From a virus (lineage: Duplodnaviria > Heunggongvirae > Uroviricota > Caudoviricetes), in the IMG/VR virus record IMGVR_UViG_2541047790_000014, positions 1 to 29,346 of that record: a DNA stretch of 29,346 nt; one strand, given 5' to 3'. The notes beneath the pieces were generated by a model. The model was not told where the DNA came from and made no database searches. It worked only from the letters and a program-made list of their open reading frames with translations. How positions within the stretch are numbered: the stretch's first letter is position 1; each line of letters starts with the position of its first letter. Of the stretch, positions 29,206 to 29,346 are shown in pieces. The translations under genes were made by a program, and so were the position numbers.

Positions 29206-29346
29206 ATGAATGCACGAAAAGCGGTACTGGCAGACAATCCGGAATTGATCCTGCGTGTGCTACAACTGAGATTTGACGAGTCACTGTCGTACCCGCGCAT
29301 TTCTGCGCAGACCGGTATCAGCAAAACCGCCATTTTTTCTCTGGTG
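29206..29346 (+). CDS. Partial CDS (runs off the window end): N-terminus of an HTH protein of unknown family
   Basis: ATG at 29206 with RBS AAGGGA 8 nt upstream; MNARKAVLADNPELILRVLQLRFDESLSYPRISAQTGISKTAIFSLV contains a sigma70-region-4 / transposase-type HTH pattern. Confidence 0.3.
   Translation, partial: MNARKAVLADNPELILRVLQLRFDESLSYPRISAQTGISKTAIFSLV

Noticed and set aside
29130-29333. 67-aa minus-strand ORF at the window end
   Set aside because: Antisense to the better-supported plus-strand HTH ORF, which has an RBS; no RBS of its own.
1-29346. CRISPR arrays, rRNA genes, integrase or transposase genes
   Set aside because: No regularly spaced repeat-spacer arrays and no rRNA-like sequence were seen. 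No integrase is present, so the int end of the prophage must lie beyond 29346. No transposase is recognisable except the unresolved partial HTH ORF at the window end.

Overview
This window is the host junction plus about 28 kb of a mosaic P22-like (short-tailed, lambdoid) prophage, with almost all phage genes on the minus strand. Positions 1-1173 are a host low-molecular-weight PBP gene (DacD-like), followed by what looks like the first 16 codons of exonuclease I (sbcB) running into phage DNA, so the prophage appears to be inserted in the 5' end of sbcB. Reading from low to high coordinates the prophage carries: a chimeric tailspike; an immI remnant (mnt repressor and a palindromic operator, no arc/ant); a small AT-rich accessory locus at the sieA-equivalent position; ejection proteins (gp16/gp20/gp7-like), gp14, tail needle (gp26-like), gp10 and gp4 homologues; coat, scaffold, portal and terminase; a T5orf172 (GIY-YIG-like) accessory gene; a lambda-type lysis cassette (S, R, Rz/Rz1) with a lambda-like late leader; a Q antiterminator; a nin region (NinB, NinE, RusA, YbcO-like, NinH and others); a DnaB-type helicase; and an O-like initiator with internal iteron-like repeats. 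No integrase, CRISPR array, rRNA or convincing tRNA is present. All assignments come from reading the translations and DNA by eye against remembered protein families; no database search was run. The two best candidates for something undescribed are the small accessory cassette at 5.1-6.1 kb and the T5orf172 gene at 20.6-21.1 kb.
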